Source: Acidimicrobiales bacterium
GTDB lineage: Bacteria > Actinomycetota > Acidimicrobiia > Acidimicrobiales > SZUA-35
Direction: 5' to 3'
NCBI GenBank assembly: GCA_047971245.1
Contig: JBKDZN010000249.1
Location: forward strand, 1-59,045
DNA: 59,045 bases
In this document: positions 27,942 to 37,868 of the stretch, one piece after another
Numbering within the stretch: position 1 is the stretch's first letter
Layout of the letters: every line of letters begins with the position of its first letter
Notes under the pieces: model-generated
Told to the model about the DNA's origin: nothing
The model's database searches: none
What the model saw: only the letters and a program-made list of their open reading frames with translations
Position numbers and translations under genes: made by a program

Positions 27942-28919
27942 TCAGTCCCTGCGCCCGAACCACACCAGGAGGGCGGTGGCGGCCAGGGCGGCACCGAACC
28001 CGATCGGCTCGACCGGGGCGGGCGCCGGGGTCACGGCTCGGGTGGAGTGGGCGGGCTCCCGCCCGCCGGCCCGGGCCCACCGCTCCTCCAGCTCCGCGTT
28101 GAGCTCGGCGCCGATGATGACAGCCAGGGAGCTGAGTTGGAGGAAGATCATCAACACCGCCACGGTGCCGAGCAGCCCGTAGGACGCCGGCATGGTGCCC
28201 ACCTGGGTGGTGTAGATACTGAAGCCGATGGCCATCACGATCCAGGTGATCGTGGCGGTGATCGAACCGAGATTGAACCACCGGGTCCGGGGTTCACGGT
28301 CCGGGCCGTACCGGTACAGCACGCTCATGGCGCCGGCGAACAGGACGGCGAACACGGGGAACCGGAGGATGTTGATCGCGGTCCGGGCCGCTGAGCCGAG
28401 GCTGATGTTGGACAGCACGGCCGGGATCACCCCGATCAGGATCACGATGAGCACCACCCCCACCACCGCGGCCAGGGTGAACCCGAACGCCATGATCCGC
28501 AGCACCACGCCGGAACGGTGCTCCTCGGCCTCATAGGCCGTGGCCACCGCTCGCATCGTCTTGCGTACTGCTCCCGAGACGGAGTACAGGGCCACGCCCA
28601 AGCCCAGCACCAGGGCAACGATGTTGCCGTCGCTGGTGGTGACCTGGGTGAGCTGGTCGACCACGAAGTCCTTGGTCGCCCCGTCGAGTGAGCCGGCGGC
28701 GTCCTCGATCTGGCTGGTGATTGCCGCCTCGTTGCCCCGGTTGACCAGGCCGTAGGCCGACACGATGGCCACCAGCGACGGCACCAGGGCCAGCAGGCCG
28801 TAGAAGGCGATACCGGCGGCCATGACGACCATCGAATGCCGGTTGATCCGGTTCTTGACCGCCAGGGCCACCGGGACGACCCGGGTGGTGAGGCCGTCAT
28901 CCGCAGTGAGTCCGATCAC
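27942..28919 (-). CDS. YihY/virulence factor BrkB family membrane protein
   Basis: AAGIAFYGLLALVP, LYRYGP, FSIY...SYGLLGTVAVLM, IIGAELNA. Confidence 0.9.
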   Translation of the reverse strand: MIGLTADDGLTTRVVPVALAVKNRINRHSMVVMAAGIAFYGLLALVPSLVAIVSAYGLVNRGNEAAITSQIEDAAGSLDGATKDFVVDQLTQVTTSDGNIVALVLGLGVALYSVSGAVRKTMRAVATAYEAEEHRSGVVLRIMAFGFTLAAVVGVVLIVILIGVIPAVLSNISLGSAARTAINILRFPVFAVLFAGAMSVLYRYGPDREPRTRWFNLGSITATITWIVMAIGFSIYTTQVGTMPASYGLLGTVAVLMIFLQLSSLAVIIGAELNAELEERWARAGGREPAHSTRAVTPAPAPVEPIGFGAALAATALLVWFGRRD

Positions 28920-29110
28920 GGCCCGGCGTGCTCCTCGACGATGTGGGCCCCGGTCCGGTCCCGCTCGTCACCGTCACCGACCTCGATCTGGCGGGGCCGG
29001 AACTGCCGCTGGGGGAAGTTGAGCCGGTCGACCAGCACGATCAGCAGGCCGAGGACGATCGCCAGGGCGAGGACGATCATGGCCAGCAACCCGGTGACCA
29101 GCGGTCCCAT
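28916..29110 (-). CDS. Small single-pass membrane protein (64 aa), hypothetical
   Basis: Strong TM helix LVTGLLAMIVLALAIVLGLLIVLV; stop overlaps the YihY GTG start (GTGA). Confidence 0.6.
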   Translation of the reverse strand: MGPLVTGLLAMIVLALAIVLGLLIVLVDRLNFPQRQFRPRQIEVGDGDERDRTGAHIVEEHAGP

Positions 29111-29133
29111 GGCGAACACGGCGCTGAGTCCGC

Positions 29134-30009
29134 TCACAGCAGGGCGTCGGCCAGGCGGCCCCACTCGTCACGGGGGATGGCCCGGTCGGGGCGGAGAACC
29201 TGGACGCAGACATGGTCGGCGCCGGCGTCGTGGTGGGCGGCGACCCGCTCGACGACGGCATCGACATCACCCCAGGCCACGATGGCGTCGACCAGCCGAT
29301 CGGTCGACTCCTGGATGTCGATGTCGGTGAAACCGAACCGTTTCAGGTTGTTGGCGTAGTTGGGGAGCTGGAGGTATACGGCCATATGGCCCCGCGCCGT
29401 CTCCCGGGCGGTTTCCGGGTTGGTGTCGAGGACTACCATCTGTTCCACCGCCAGGAGTTTGTCGGGGCCGATGGCCTTCCGGGCCACCGGCGTGTGCTCG
29501 ACCGGGACGAAGTAGGGGTGGGCGCCGTCGGCCTTCTCGGCCGAGAGCTCCAGCATCTTCGGGCCGAGGGCGGCCAGGACGGTGGACGGCGGTTCGGCCG
29601 GCATCACCCCTTTGAACATCGACCGTTCCATCCGCTCCAGGTACTCCCGCATGGTGGACAGCGGCTTGGAATAGTCGTGCTTGCGGACCCACTCGGTGAG
29701 GGTGTGATGGCTGACGCCGAGGCCGAGCAGGAAGCGCCCGTCGTAGGCCTCGTTGAGGGTGAGGGAGGCGTTGGCCGTGGTCATGGCGTCCCGGGCCCAG
29801 ATCGAGGCGATGCCGGTGGCCACCTTGAGCTGGTCGGTCGCCTCCAGGATCATGGCTGCGGCGACGACCGGGTCACGCGAGACCGTTTCCGGCACCCAGA
29901 GCGTGGGCCAGCCCCGCTCGTCGAGTTCGGCGACCGCCTCCCGCACCTCGCCCGCAGGGTGGGCGTCGAAGACCCCCTGCCAGATTCCTACACGTCCGAT
30001 CTCGATCAT
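29134..30009 (-). CDS. LLM-class F420-dependent oxidoreductase (TIGR03620-like)
   Basis: ATGIASIWARD, GRFLLGLGVSH, LAALGPKML, GAHPYFVPVEHT, GADHVCVQV. Confidence 0.9.
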   Translation of the reverse strand: MIEIGRVGIWQGVFDAHPAGEVREAVAELDERGWPTLWVPETVSRDPVVAAAMILEATDQLKVATGIASIWARDAMTTANASLTLNEAYDGRFLLGLGVSHHTLTEWVRKHDYSKPLSTMREYLERMERSMFKGVMPAEPPSTVLAALGPKMLELSAEKADGAHPYFVPVEHTPVARKAIGPDKLLAVEQMVVLDTNPETARETARGHMAVYLQLPNYANNLKRFGFTDIDIQESTDRLVDAIVAWGDVDAVVERVAAHHDAGADHVCVQVLRPDRAIPRDEWGRLADALL

Positions 30010-30035
30010 GGGCCCCAACGCTAGTGGATGGCGGG

Positions 30036-31052
30036 TCACCCCCGTCCCGACCGCCGTTCGATCACCAGCCGGTAGGAGCGCGGGGCCCGATCCGACCACG
30101 GGTCCTTGTAGGCGATGTCCATGCCGAGGTCGTAGTCGTCGATCGTCGGGTCGGCCGCCGCCCACCGGATCTGGTGCAACTGGAGCAGGTGCCCGACCGA
30201 CCATTCCCGGGCCGATTCGGCGTAGCCGAGCTGCAATCCCCGGTAGATGCGGCTGCGCACCCCACCGACGATGTAGCCGACGTCGTCATCCGCCAGCCGG
30301 GCGATCGCCACCCGCAGCCGGCCCTCCACCGCCAGCCGGATCACCATGGCCCGGTAGGTGGACGCCATCCCGGGTCCGGTCAGGCCCTGATCGTCGGCCC
30401 CCTTCCACGATCGGCGTTCGATATCGAGGACCCGTTCGAACACCCGTTGCGCCCCGGCGGGCCCGTCGGCGTCGGCGCTGATGTCGTCGATCGCCAGACC
30501 GGTCTCGGCGGCCCGGCGCTCGATCCGGCGCAGGTTCCGGGCGAAGCGCGCCGATCGTCGTGCGGCCCAGCGGTCGAACCCGCCGCTCACGTCGGCCACC
30601 CGCCTGGTCATGCCCTCGGCCACGCCGACCTGCCCCAGGGAGGCCACGGCCCCCACCACGTGCGGCAGGTAGGAGTCGCGTCGCACCGGTTCCGGGAGCC
30701 CGGTCAGGACGGCCACGTCCCACGGGGAGTCGGCGACGGCCAGGGGCAGCGACGTCGCCACCGTGGCCACGTCCGACCCCACCAGGGGGGCGGCGAAGCC
30801 CCACATCGGCTCGAGGCCGGCCACGACCCGCCGACCGTCGTCGAGCTCGAACCGGCGGAACATCCCGAATCCGGGTCCGTCCCCGGTCTCGACGTGCCAC
30901 ACCAGCGGCTCGCTGTGCGGATCGAACCCGGACCGCACCGGCAGCACCCAATCGGGTCCCGAGCACCATCGGTCGATTTCCGGGGTCCCGTCGACGGCCG
31001 CTTCGACGATCCCCGAGACGAGGTCGAGTTCGGCCAGTGTGAGACGGTCCAC
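30036..31052 (-). CDS. GNAT-family (CelD/BcsL-like) acetyltransferase
   Basis: FARNLRRIERR, IERRSWKG, LGYAESAREWSVGHLL, YDLGMDIAYK; start at GTG 31052 estimated. Confidence 0.75.
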   Translation of the reverse strand: MDRLTLAELDLVSGIVEAAVDGTPEIDRWCSGPDWVLPVRSGFDPHSEPLVWHVETGDGPGFGMFRRFELDDGRRVVAGLEPMWGFAAPLVGSDVATVATSLPLAVADSPWDVAVLTGLPEPVRRDSYLPHVVGAVASLGQVGVAEGMTRRVADVSGGFDRWAARRSARFARNLRRIERRAAETGLAIDDISADADGPAGAQRVFERVLDIERRSWKGADDQGLTGPGMASTYRAMVIRLAVEGRLRVAIARLADDDVGYIVGGVRSRIYRGLQLGYAESAREWSVGHLLQLHQIRWAAADPTIDDYDLGMDIAYKDPWSDRAPRSYRLVIERRSGRG

Positions 31053-31250
31053 CGTCAGCCGATTCTGGCAGGCCCGGGCGAGGGCGCCTACCTGACGCCC
31101 CGGATCCCGTGGTCGGATTCCTGCCGGATACGGGCGGATTTCTTCCACCGGGTGGTGCGTCACGCACCCGTTGAGCGGGGGAGTGTTGCAAATCCATGAG
31201 TCCGGTTGCTGACCGAACATCCGTGGCCGGGCACCGCTAGAACGGACGCC

Positions 31251-32048
31251 ATGGTCGCCGATGACGCCGTGGTCGCCTTTGCGCAGGACGGGGTGGTGGT
31301 CGTGCGCGGTCTGATGACGGCCAATGAGCTCGAGATGATCTCGGCCGGAATCAACAAGGTCTTGGCCAATCCCAGCTCGGCGGCCCGGGTGGTCAGTGCC
31401 GACGACGACCCGGGGCTCTTCTTCGAGGATTTTTCCCGGTGGGGCGAGATCGACGAGTTGGGCAAGGTGGCGCTGAGATCGGCCGTTCCGCGGACGGCGG
31501 CCGAGCTGATGGACTCGCCGACGGCCCGGTTCTACCACGACCACATCCTGGTCAAGGAGCCGGAGACCATCCAGCCGACCCCGTGGCATCAGGATGCCCC
31601 GTATTACAACGTCGAGGGGCGGGGGATCAGTGCCTGGATCCCGGTGGATCCGATCCCGAAGGAGGGATCACCCGAGTTCTGGGCCGGTTCTCATCTCGGC
31701 CCGTGGCGGCTGCCCCGCAGCTTCCTCGACCAGCAGGCCAAGTGGTTTCCGGAGGGCACCCTGGCCGAGGTGCCCGATATCGACGCCGACCGGTCCAGCT
31801 ACGACATCCGACGGTGGGCGCTCGACCCCGGCGACGTCGTGTTCTTCGATTTCGCCACGGTCCATTCGGCTCCGGGATTCCCGTTCTCCTACCGGCGTCG
31901 GGTCCTGTCGCTCCGCTTCCTCAGCGCGGACGCCCGCCACGCCCCCCGGCCGTGGCCGACCTCGCCGGAGTTCCCCGGGCTCAGCCGGGACCTGCCCGAC
32001 GGGGCCGAGTTCGATCACCCGTACTTCCCGCTGGCCTGGCCCCGCTGA
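31251..32048 (+). CDS. Phytanoyl-CoA dioxygenase family (Fe/2OG) protein
   Basis: FAQDGVVVVRG, TPWHQD (HxD), GSH, PGDVVFF..TVH. Confidence 0.9.
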   Translation: MVADDAVVAFAQDGVVVVRGLMTANELEMISAGINKVLANPSSAARVVSADDDPGLFFEDFSRWGEIDELGKVALRSAVPRTAAELMDSPTARFYHDHILVKEPETIQPTPWHQDAPYYNVEGRGISAWIPVDPIPKEGSPEFWAGSHLGPWRLPRSFLDQQAKWFPEGTLAEVPDIDADRSSYDIRRWALDPGDVVFFDFATVHSAPGFPFSYRRRVLSLRFLSADARHAPRPWPTSPEFPGLSRDLPDGAEFDHPYFPLAWPR

Positions 32049-32063
32049 GCCGTGGGGGCTGCC

Positions 32064-32828
32064 TCAGCGGCCCTTCCACTGGGGAGCCCGCTTCTCGGCG
32101 AACGCCTTGGGCCCCTCCACGAAGTCCTCGCTGGTGGTCATGGCCAGTACGGAGTCGTACTTGGTGCGCATCGACTCCTCCAGGCCCAGGTCGAGGCTCC
32201 GGTAGACCACGTCCTTGCTGGCCCGCACCGACAGCGGGGCGCAGGCGCAGATCTGCTCCGCCCACCGGGTGGCGGCGGCCAGCAGCTCGTCGTGGGGGAC
32301 GACCTCGTTGACGAACCCGAGGTGCTCGCCCTCGGCCGCCGGTACATGGCGGCCGGTGAGGATCATGCCCAGCGCCCGTTTGGGCCCGATCACCCGCGGC
32401 AGGCGGTTGAGCCCCCCGGCCAGGGCGGCCAGACCGACCTTGGGTTCGGGGAGGGCGAAGGTGGCCTGATCGGAGGCGATGATCAGGTCGCAGGCGAGGG
32501 CGATCTCGAAACCGCCGCCCATGGCCACCCCGTTGACCGCGGCGATCACCGGCTTGGTCAGATCGAACCGTGAGGTGAGGCCGGCGAAACCCTGGGGCAC
32601 CCGGAACATCTCACCGCCCTCGGCCTGGTAGCGGAGGTCGTTGCCGGCGCAGAAGCCCCGACCCGAACCGGTGATGACGGCCACCCAGGCGTCATCGTCG
32701 GCGGCGAACTCGTCGAACACCTCGGCGAGCTCCTTGTTGGCCGGGGGATGGAGGGCATTGAGCCGATCCGGGCGGTTGAGGGTGACGGTGGTGATGTGGT
32801 TCGCCTTCTCGACGGTGCAGTACTCCAT
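32064..32828 (-). CDS. Enoyl-CoA hydratase/isomerase (CaiD-like)
   Basis: LNRPDRLNAL, FCAGNDL, KPVIAAVNGVAMGGGFEIALACD, FALPEPKVG. Confidence 0.95.
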   Translation of the reverse strand: MEYCTVEKANHITTVTLNRPDRLNALHPPANKELAEVFDEFAADDDAWVAVITGSGRGFCAGNDLRYQAEGGEMFRVPQGFAGLTSRFDLTKPVIAAVNGVAMGGGFEIALACDLIIASDQATFALPEPKVGLAALAGGLNRLPRVIGPKRALGMILTGRHVPAAEGEHLGFVNEVVPHDELLAAATRWAEQICACAPLSVRASKDVVYRSLDLGLEESMRTKYDSVLAMTTSEDFVEGPKAFAEKRAPQWKGR

Positions 32829-32969
32829 GGCCTTTCGCTAGCAGACGCGCCGGGCCCCGACCAAGCTCGCCGGGCAACAGGGAGCGGAAATCGACCGGTC
32901 GCAGATCCGGAGGACTAGGGTGCCCGGGAAGAGCCGCTCCGTGACGTTCCTTCGAAAGGCCGGAATCCG

Positions 32970-33260
32970 ATGTCCCACAGCGATCATCCCGTCAACGATT
33001 TTGCCGCCGTCGTGGGCGCCGACGGGCAACTGATCGACGTCCGCCAGCCCGACGAGGTGGCCGAGGGCACCCTGCCCGGCGCGGTCAACATCCCACTCGG
33101 TGAGCTGCCCGACCGGGTCGGTGAGCTCGATCCCGGCCGTCGGGTGGTGCTGCTGTGCCGCAGCGGTGGACGGAGCACCCAGGCGGCCAACTTCCTCACC
33201 TCGGCCGGTTTCGGGGACGTGGTCAACCTCGAAGGTGGCATGCTGGCCTACGAAGGCTGA
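32970..33260 (+). CDS. Single-domain rhodanese
   Basis: IDVRQPDE, GAVNIPL, CRSGGRS active loop, NLEGGM. Confidence 0.92.
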   Translation: MSHSDHPVNDFAAVVGADGQLIDVRQPDEVAEGTLPGAVNIPLGELPDRVGELDPGRRVVLLCRSGGRSTQAANFLTSAGFGDVVNLEGGMLAYEG

Positions 33261-33409
33261 CCCTTCCACCCCGGTCACGGGCCGCACGAGCCACCCGGGA
33301 CCTCCTCCCCGGTCGGTGACCCGGCCGCACCCCACCGACGCCGACCCCTCAACCCGGGGCGGCAGATGCCGATGGATCCGCGATCGAATCGTGTGGTGCG
33401 GGAGGTCTT

Positions 33410-35260
33410 GTGATCCGCCAACGTTCAGCTTGTATCGCGGCCCCGGTGGTGATCGCCGTTGTCCTGGCGGCCGCCGGACTGGCCCTGGTGGCCGGATTCG
33501 GCGCACCCGGCGCCGTCGGTGATGTCGCGGTCCAGGCCGCCGCCGGCGCCATCGTGGCCGCCGGGGGCCTGGTCTCCCTCGGGATGTGGTCCCGCTCCCG
33601 CAGTGGGGGCGAGCCTGCCCCCGCCGAGCCCGCCGCGGGGGAGGGTGGGGCCCGGACGGCAACCGAGCGGTTGCGGGCGGCGGGACCGATCGAGGACTGG
33701 TCCGACGACGCCGAACCAGGCCGCGGCCACGGCCCCGATCCCGACCCAGGCCGGGTCCACGGCCCCGATCCCGGTTCCGACCCGGTCCGCGGGCCTGAGG
33801 CGGGGGCGGAGGAACCGGTGCGGTCCGAGGACGAGGCCGGAAGGCCTGCGGACCGGGCCGAGAGCGTGGGGCCCTCATCGGCCCCATCCGCCGGGGCCGA
33901 TGAGGGACCCGTCGACGAGCTGACCATCGGCATCGTCCGCCACAGCCTGGGGCTGATCGACCGGCAGCTCCTCCTGATCGACCGGCTCGAGGCCGGGGAG
34001 CAGGACCCGGCCCGGTTGGAGCAGATCTTCGGGCTCGATCATCTCACCACCCGCATCCGGCGCCACGCCGAGAACCTGCTCATCGTGGCCGGTGTCGACG
34101 ACGGAACCGCAGCCGACGACGAGGACGCCGAGCCGGTCAGCATGATCGACACCCTGAGGGCCGCCGTCGGCCAGGTGGAGGACTACCGCGCCGTGGTCGC
34201 CCATCGGGTGGCCGACACCACGGTGGACGCCTCGACGTCGCGGGGCCTGGCCCGGCTGATCGCCGAGCTGATCGACAACGCCTGCGCCGCCTCCCCGGAC
34301 GGGGCGGCGGTGGACGTGAAGGGCATCCCCCACCCCGACGGCTGCTACCTGCTCGCCGTGGTCGACCACGGGCGTGGCCTGAGCTCGGCCCGGATCGAAC
34401 AGGCCAACCGCGATCTGGCCGACCCCGCTCCCCTCGACGGGGCCGGTGACCGGTCGATCGGGCTGGCCGTGGTCGGCCTGCTGGCCCGACGCCACGGCAT
34501 CAGTGTCGAGCTGGCCTCACCGACCGGGTCCGGGATCACCGCCCTGGTCCTCGTCCCCGCCGACCGGCTGTTCGGCCCCACCGACGTCGCCGCCTCGACC
34601 CCCGGTGAGCTGACCCCGCCCCAGCCCCGAGCGGCCGGCGCCGGGCCGTCGGCCGGGGCTGGGCCCTTGGATGGGGCTGAGCCGCTGGATGGGGCTGAGC
34701 CCCTGCACACGACGGTGCCGTCGGCCGGAGCTGGGCCCCTGGATGGAGCTGAGCCCCTGCACACGGCGGAGCCGGTGCCCCGGCCGGAGCCGGCGCCCCC
34801 GCCGGAACCGGTTCTGGACCCGGTCGCTCGCCTGCGGGGTGACGGGCCCGGCACCGCACTGCCCGCACGATCCCGCCCCGGCGAGGCCGGAGCACCGGTC
34901 GGGACCCCACCGGCCCGCCTGGCCGACGCCCTCCCCACCGGCGACCGGTTCGACGCCGGTGTGGCCGCACTGCTGGCCCCGGACGACGGTGCCTCGCCAC
35001 CGCCGGTCACCGACCGCCCGGCCGAGGACGGTTCGACACCGTCCCGGGCCCGTACGGCCAGCGGCCTGGCCCGGCGGACGCGCTCCTCGGACCCGGGCCC
35101 GACGACCGCACCGGGGGAGCATCGGACGGTCACGGCGAGTCGTCGCAGCCCGGAGGAGAAGCGAGCGATGTACGGCCGCTACCGGCAGGGCCGACGTGGG
35201 ACCGCGCCCCATTCACCCACCCCGCCGTCCTCCCGAGTCGATCCAGGAGCAGCATCATGA
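33410..35260 (+). CDS. Conservon CvnA-like membrane ATP-binding (HATPase) sensor
   Basis: Two TM helices; LIDRQLLLIDRLE..EQDP..L..IFGLDHLTTRIRRHAENLLIVAG hallmark; AELIDNA, DHGRG, GLAVVGLLARRHG; long low-complexity tail. Confidence 0.88.
   Translation: MIRQRSACIAAPVVIAVVLAAAGLALVAGFGAPGAVGDVAVQAAAGAIVAAGGLVSLGMWSRSRSGGEPAPAEPAAGEGGARTATERLRAAGPIEDWSDDAEPGRGHGPDPDPGRVHGPDPGSDPVRGPEAGAEEPVRSEDEAGRPADRAESVGPSSAPSAGADEGPVDELTIGIVRHSLGLIDRQLLLIDRLEAGEQDPARLEQIFGLDHLTTRIRRHAENLLIVAGVDDGTAADDEDAEPVSMIDTLRAAVGQVEDYRAVVAHRVADTTVDASTSRGLARLIAELIDNACAASPDGAAVDVKGIPHPDGCYLLAVVDHGRGLSSARIEQANRDLADPAPLDGAGDRSIGLAVVGLLARRHGISVELASPTGSGITALVLVPADRLFGPTDVAASTPGELTPPQPRAAGAGPSAGAGPLDGAEPLDGAEPLHTTVPSAGAGPLDGAEPLHTAEPVPRPEPAPPPEPVLDPVARLRGDGPGTALPARSRPGEAGAPVGTPPARLADALPTGDRFDAGVAALLAPDDGASPPPVTDRPAEDGSTPSRARTASGLARRTRSSDPGPTTAPGEHRTVTASRRSPEEKRAMYGRYRQGRRGTAPHSPTPPSSRVDPGAAS
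34645..34765 (+). repeat. Intragenic compound tandem repeat (18-bp subunits, 72-bp period) in the cvnA-like gene
   Basis: Encodes PSAGAGPLDGAEPLDGAEPLHT / PSAGAGPLDGAEPLHT. Confidence 0.85.
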
Positions 35261-35679
35261 CCACGCTCAGCAGTCAGGCCGCCGACGTCAACCAGCTGGT
35301 GACGTCGTTCGCCCAGCGGGTGCCGGGGGTCACCGACGCGGTGGCGGTCTCGTCGGACGGGCTCCCGTTCGCGGCCTCACCCGGTCTCGACCGTGACGGG
35401 GTCGACCGGTTCGCCGCCGTCTCCTCCGGTCTCATCGGCCTGGCCTTCGGCGCCGCCGACCGGTTCGGTGGGGGCGCGGTCACCGAGGTGGTGGTGGAGA
35501 TGGAGAACGCCTTCCTTTTCGTCACCGGCATCAGTGACGGCTCGTTGCTGGCGGTGATGGCCGAGGCCGGATGCGACGTCGGTGCCGTGGCCTACGAGAT
35601 GGCGGTGCTGGTGGACGAGGCCGGTCCCCAGCTCACCCCCGAGCTCCGGGCCGAGCTCCAGTCGGTGCTGCCCCGATGA
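35257..35679 (+). CDS. Roadblock/LC7 domain protein (CvnB-like)
   Basis: VPGVTDAVAVSSDGL, AAVSSGLIGLA, VVVEM, DVGAVAYEMAVLV; ATGA overlap with cvnA. Confidence 0.93.
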   Translation: MTTLSSQAADVNQLVTSFAQRVPGVTDAVAVSSDGLPFAASPGLDRDGVDRFAAVSSGLIGLAFGAADRFGGGAVTEVVVEMENAFLFVTGISDGSLLAVMAEAGCDVGAVAYEMAVLVDEAGPQLTPELRAELQSVLPR

Positions 35680-36032
35680 CGGCCGACCCGCAACTCCGCC
35701 CCGCCCCCGTCCGCCCCTACGTGCTGACCGGCGGGCGGACCCGCTCAACGATCGAGGTGGCCATGGAGGCCCAGGTCCAGGCGACCGGATCGTCGGCCCG
35801 GCCGGCCATCCGGGCGCTGGGCGACGACTCGTCGGCCATCGTCGAGATGTGCTGGGCCGAACCCGTGCCCGTGGCCGAGGTGGCCGCCCGGCTCGGCGTC
35901 CCCCTCCAGGTGGCCCGGGTCCTGATCGGTGACCTGGTCGAGGTGGGCGCCCTGACGGTCGGGGCCACCCCGGACGAGCGGCCCGACCTGGATCTCCTGG
36001 AACGGATGCTCGAGGGGCTCCAGGTCATCTGA
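35676..36032 (+). CDS. DUF742 domain protein (CvnC-like)
   Basis: VRPYVLTGGRT, VAEVAARLGVPLQVARVLIGDL, LLERMLEGL; ATGA overlap with cvnB. Confidence 0.9.
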   Translation: MTADPQLRPAPVRPYVLTGGRTRSTIEVAMEAQVQATGSSARPAIRALGDDSSAIVEMCWAEPVPVAEVAARLGVPLQVARVLIGDLVEVGALTVGATPDERPDLDLLERMLEGLQVI

Positions 36033-36069
36033 GCGGGCGCCGTCCGAGCGGTCTCCGGCCCCGGACGTC

Positions 36070-37755
36070 TCAGCCCGAGCGGCGCACCGAGCGGCGACGT
36101 TGCTCGGCCGCGATCCAGTCGCCGGCCGTCCTGGCCCGCTTCTCGAGCTGGGCGACGGTGGCCTCGGCCACCCGGCTCACCCCGGAGCGGCGGTTCAGCT
36201 CGGCGTTGATCTTGGCGTGGTCGAGGCCGGTGATTCCGGCCAGATCCCGCACCAGGGTGGTGTTGAGGCGCCGCTGCTGTTCGCGGTCGGCCCGGGTTCC
36301 CCGGCCGGGGCCGACGTTCATCCCGGCCACCGGGGGCAGGGCGGTGAGGTCGATCTCGAGGTCGGTCGGATCGTCGGGGCCGGGGGTGCCGAGCGGGAGC
36401 TCGGGTTCGTCGAACCGGGCGAAGATGTCGGCGTTGGTGTCGGTGGCGGTGGCGGTCGCCGAGTGCACCGCGAACAGGGAGAGCTGGTCGCCGTCGCGTT
36501 CGGGCCGCTCGTCGGGGGTTCGGTCGGTGTCGGCGTCGTCATCGGTGGAGTCGCGGTGGAGGTGATGGCGCCGGCTCTCGGCGATCCGGTCGGCGTGGAG
36601 GCGGAGGCGGGGGTCGTCGGGCACGAACAGGTAGGCCCGGTCCCGGTCACCGGTGTGGCGTACGATGCGGCCCACCGCCTGCCGGAAGAACAGCTCGGTC
36701 GTCGTGGTGGTGGCGTGCACCCCGATCCGCAGGCGGGGGATGTCGACCCCTTCGGACACCATGCGAACCGCCACGATCCAGGGGTCGTGGCCGGCGGCGA
36801 ACCGGGCGATCTTGGCCGAGGCGTCGGGATCCTCGCTGACCGCCACCGTCGGTCGGCGGACCCCGAACCGGTCGCGGAGCATCCGGGCGATCCCGCGGGC
36901 GTGATCCTGGTCACTCGAGATCACCAGCCCACCCGCGTCGGGCCGGCGGGCCCGGATCTCCTTCAGCTGCCGGTTGGCCTGGCCCAGCACGGCGGGCAGC
37001 CATTCACCGTCGAGGCTGAGGGCGGCCCGGAGCCGCTGGTTGGCCAGCGGCCGGTTGAGGGTGTCGTCGAAACTGGCCGACAGCTCCGACCCGTCGGCGG
37101 CCGTCCATTCCATATGGCCGCCGAACCGGGGGAAGTACACCGGTCGGACGACCCCCCCTTCGCCCAGGGCGTCGCCGTAGCCGTACTCGACGTCGGGACG
37201 GACCTGACCGCCCACGTAGCGGAGGAACGGGATGGCCGCGGTGTCACTGCGGAACGGGGTGCCGGACAGGGCGAGGCGACGGGTGGCCGAACCCAGGCCG
37301 ATGCTGACCCCGTCTCCCCAGGCCAGGTCATCGCCGGCGTGGTGGACCTCGTCGAGCACGGCCAGCCCGCCCCGGGCCAGGGCCTGGACGTCGGTGGCCG
37401 AGGCCGCCACCTGCTGGTAGGTGGTGACCACCCCGGCCACGTCGCCCGGTAGGCGCTGACCGGCCGCCCACTCGGTGTCGAGGTGGAGGCCGAACCGCTC
37501 CGCCGCGTCGGCCCACTGCTGCTTCAGGTGGCGGGTGGGAGCCACCACCACGAGTCGGCCGCCCAGACGGGGCAGCAGCATCCGGGCCGCGGTGAGGGCG
37601 AAGGTGGTCTTCCCCGCTCCCGGGGTGGCCACGGCCAGGAAGTCGGCCTCGTCGCTGGCCAGGAGGGCGTCGAGGGCTCGACGCTGCCATGGGCGGAGCC
37701 GGACGGTTCGGTTCGTGGCGGGGGCCGACGGGGCTGGAGCCGGAGGGCGGGACAT
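36070..37755 (-). CDS. Superfamily 2 (DEAD/DEAH-box-like) helicase
   Basis: LRPWQ, ATPGAGKT, DEVHH, LSGTPFR, MVSEGVDIP, QAVGR. Confidence 0.92.
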   Translation of the reverse strand: MSRPPAPAPSAPATNRTVRLRPWQRRALDALLASDEADFLAVATPGAGKTTFALTAARMLLPRLGGRLVVVAPTRHLKQQWADAAERFGLHLDTEWAAGQRLPGDVAGVVTTYQQVAASATDVQALARGGLAVLDEVHHAGDDLAWGDGVSIGLGSATRRLALSGTPFRSDTAAIPFLRYVGGQVRPDVEYGYGDALGEGGVVRPVYFPRFGGHMEWTAADGSELSASFDDTLNRPLANQRLRAALSLDGEWLPAVLGQANRQLKEIRARRPDAGGLVISSDQDHARGIARMLRDRFGVRRPTVAVSEDPDASAKIARFAAGHDPWIVAVRMVSEGVDIPRLRIGVHATTTTTELFFRQAVGRIVRHTGDRDRAYLFVPDDPRLRLHADRIAESRRHHLHRDSTDDDADTDRTPDERPERDGDQLSLFAVHSATATATDTNADIFARFDEPELPLGTPGPDDPTDLEIDLTALPPVAGMNVGPGRGTRADREQQRRLNTTLVRDLAGITGLDHAKINAELNRRSGVSRVAEATVAQLEKRARTAGDWIAAEQRRRSVRRSG

Positions 37756-37868
37756 GACCGACCGATTCTGCCCGGCGCCGGGGGTCGATGCCACCCGGAT
37801 CCTGGCCGCGCCCAAGCGTCATGCGCCCGTCACCGCCAGGAAATGCGTGTTCCCTACACTGGTCCGCC

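Noticed and set aside
36070-37755. Helicase as part of an anti-phage defence system
   Set aside because: Stand-alone actinobacterial SF2 helicase with no adjacent nuclease, methylase or other defence genes.
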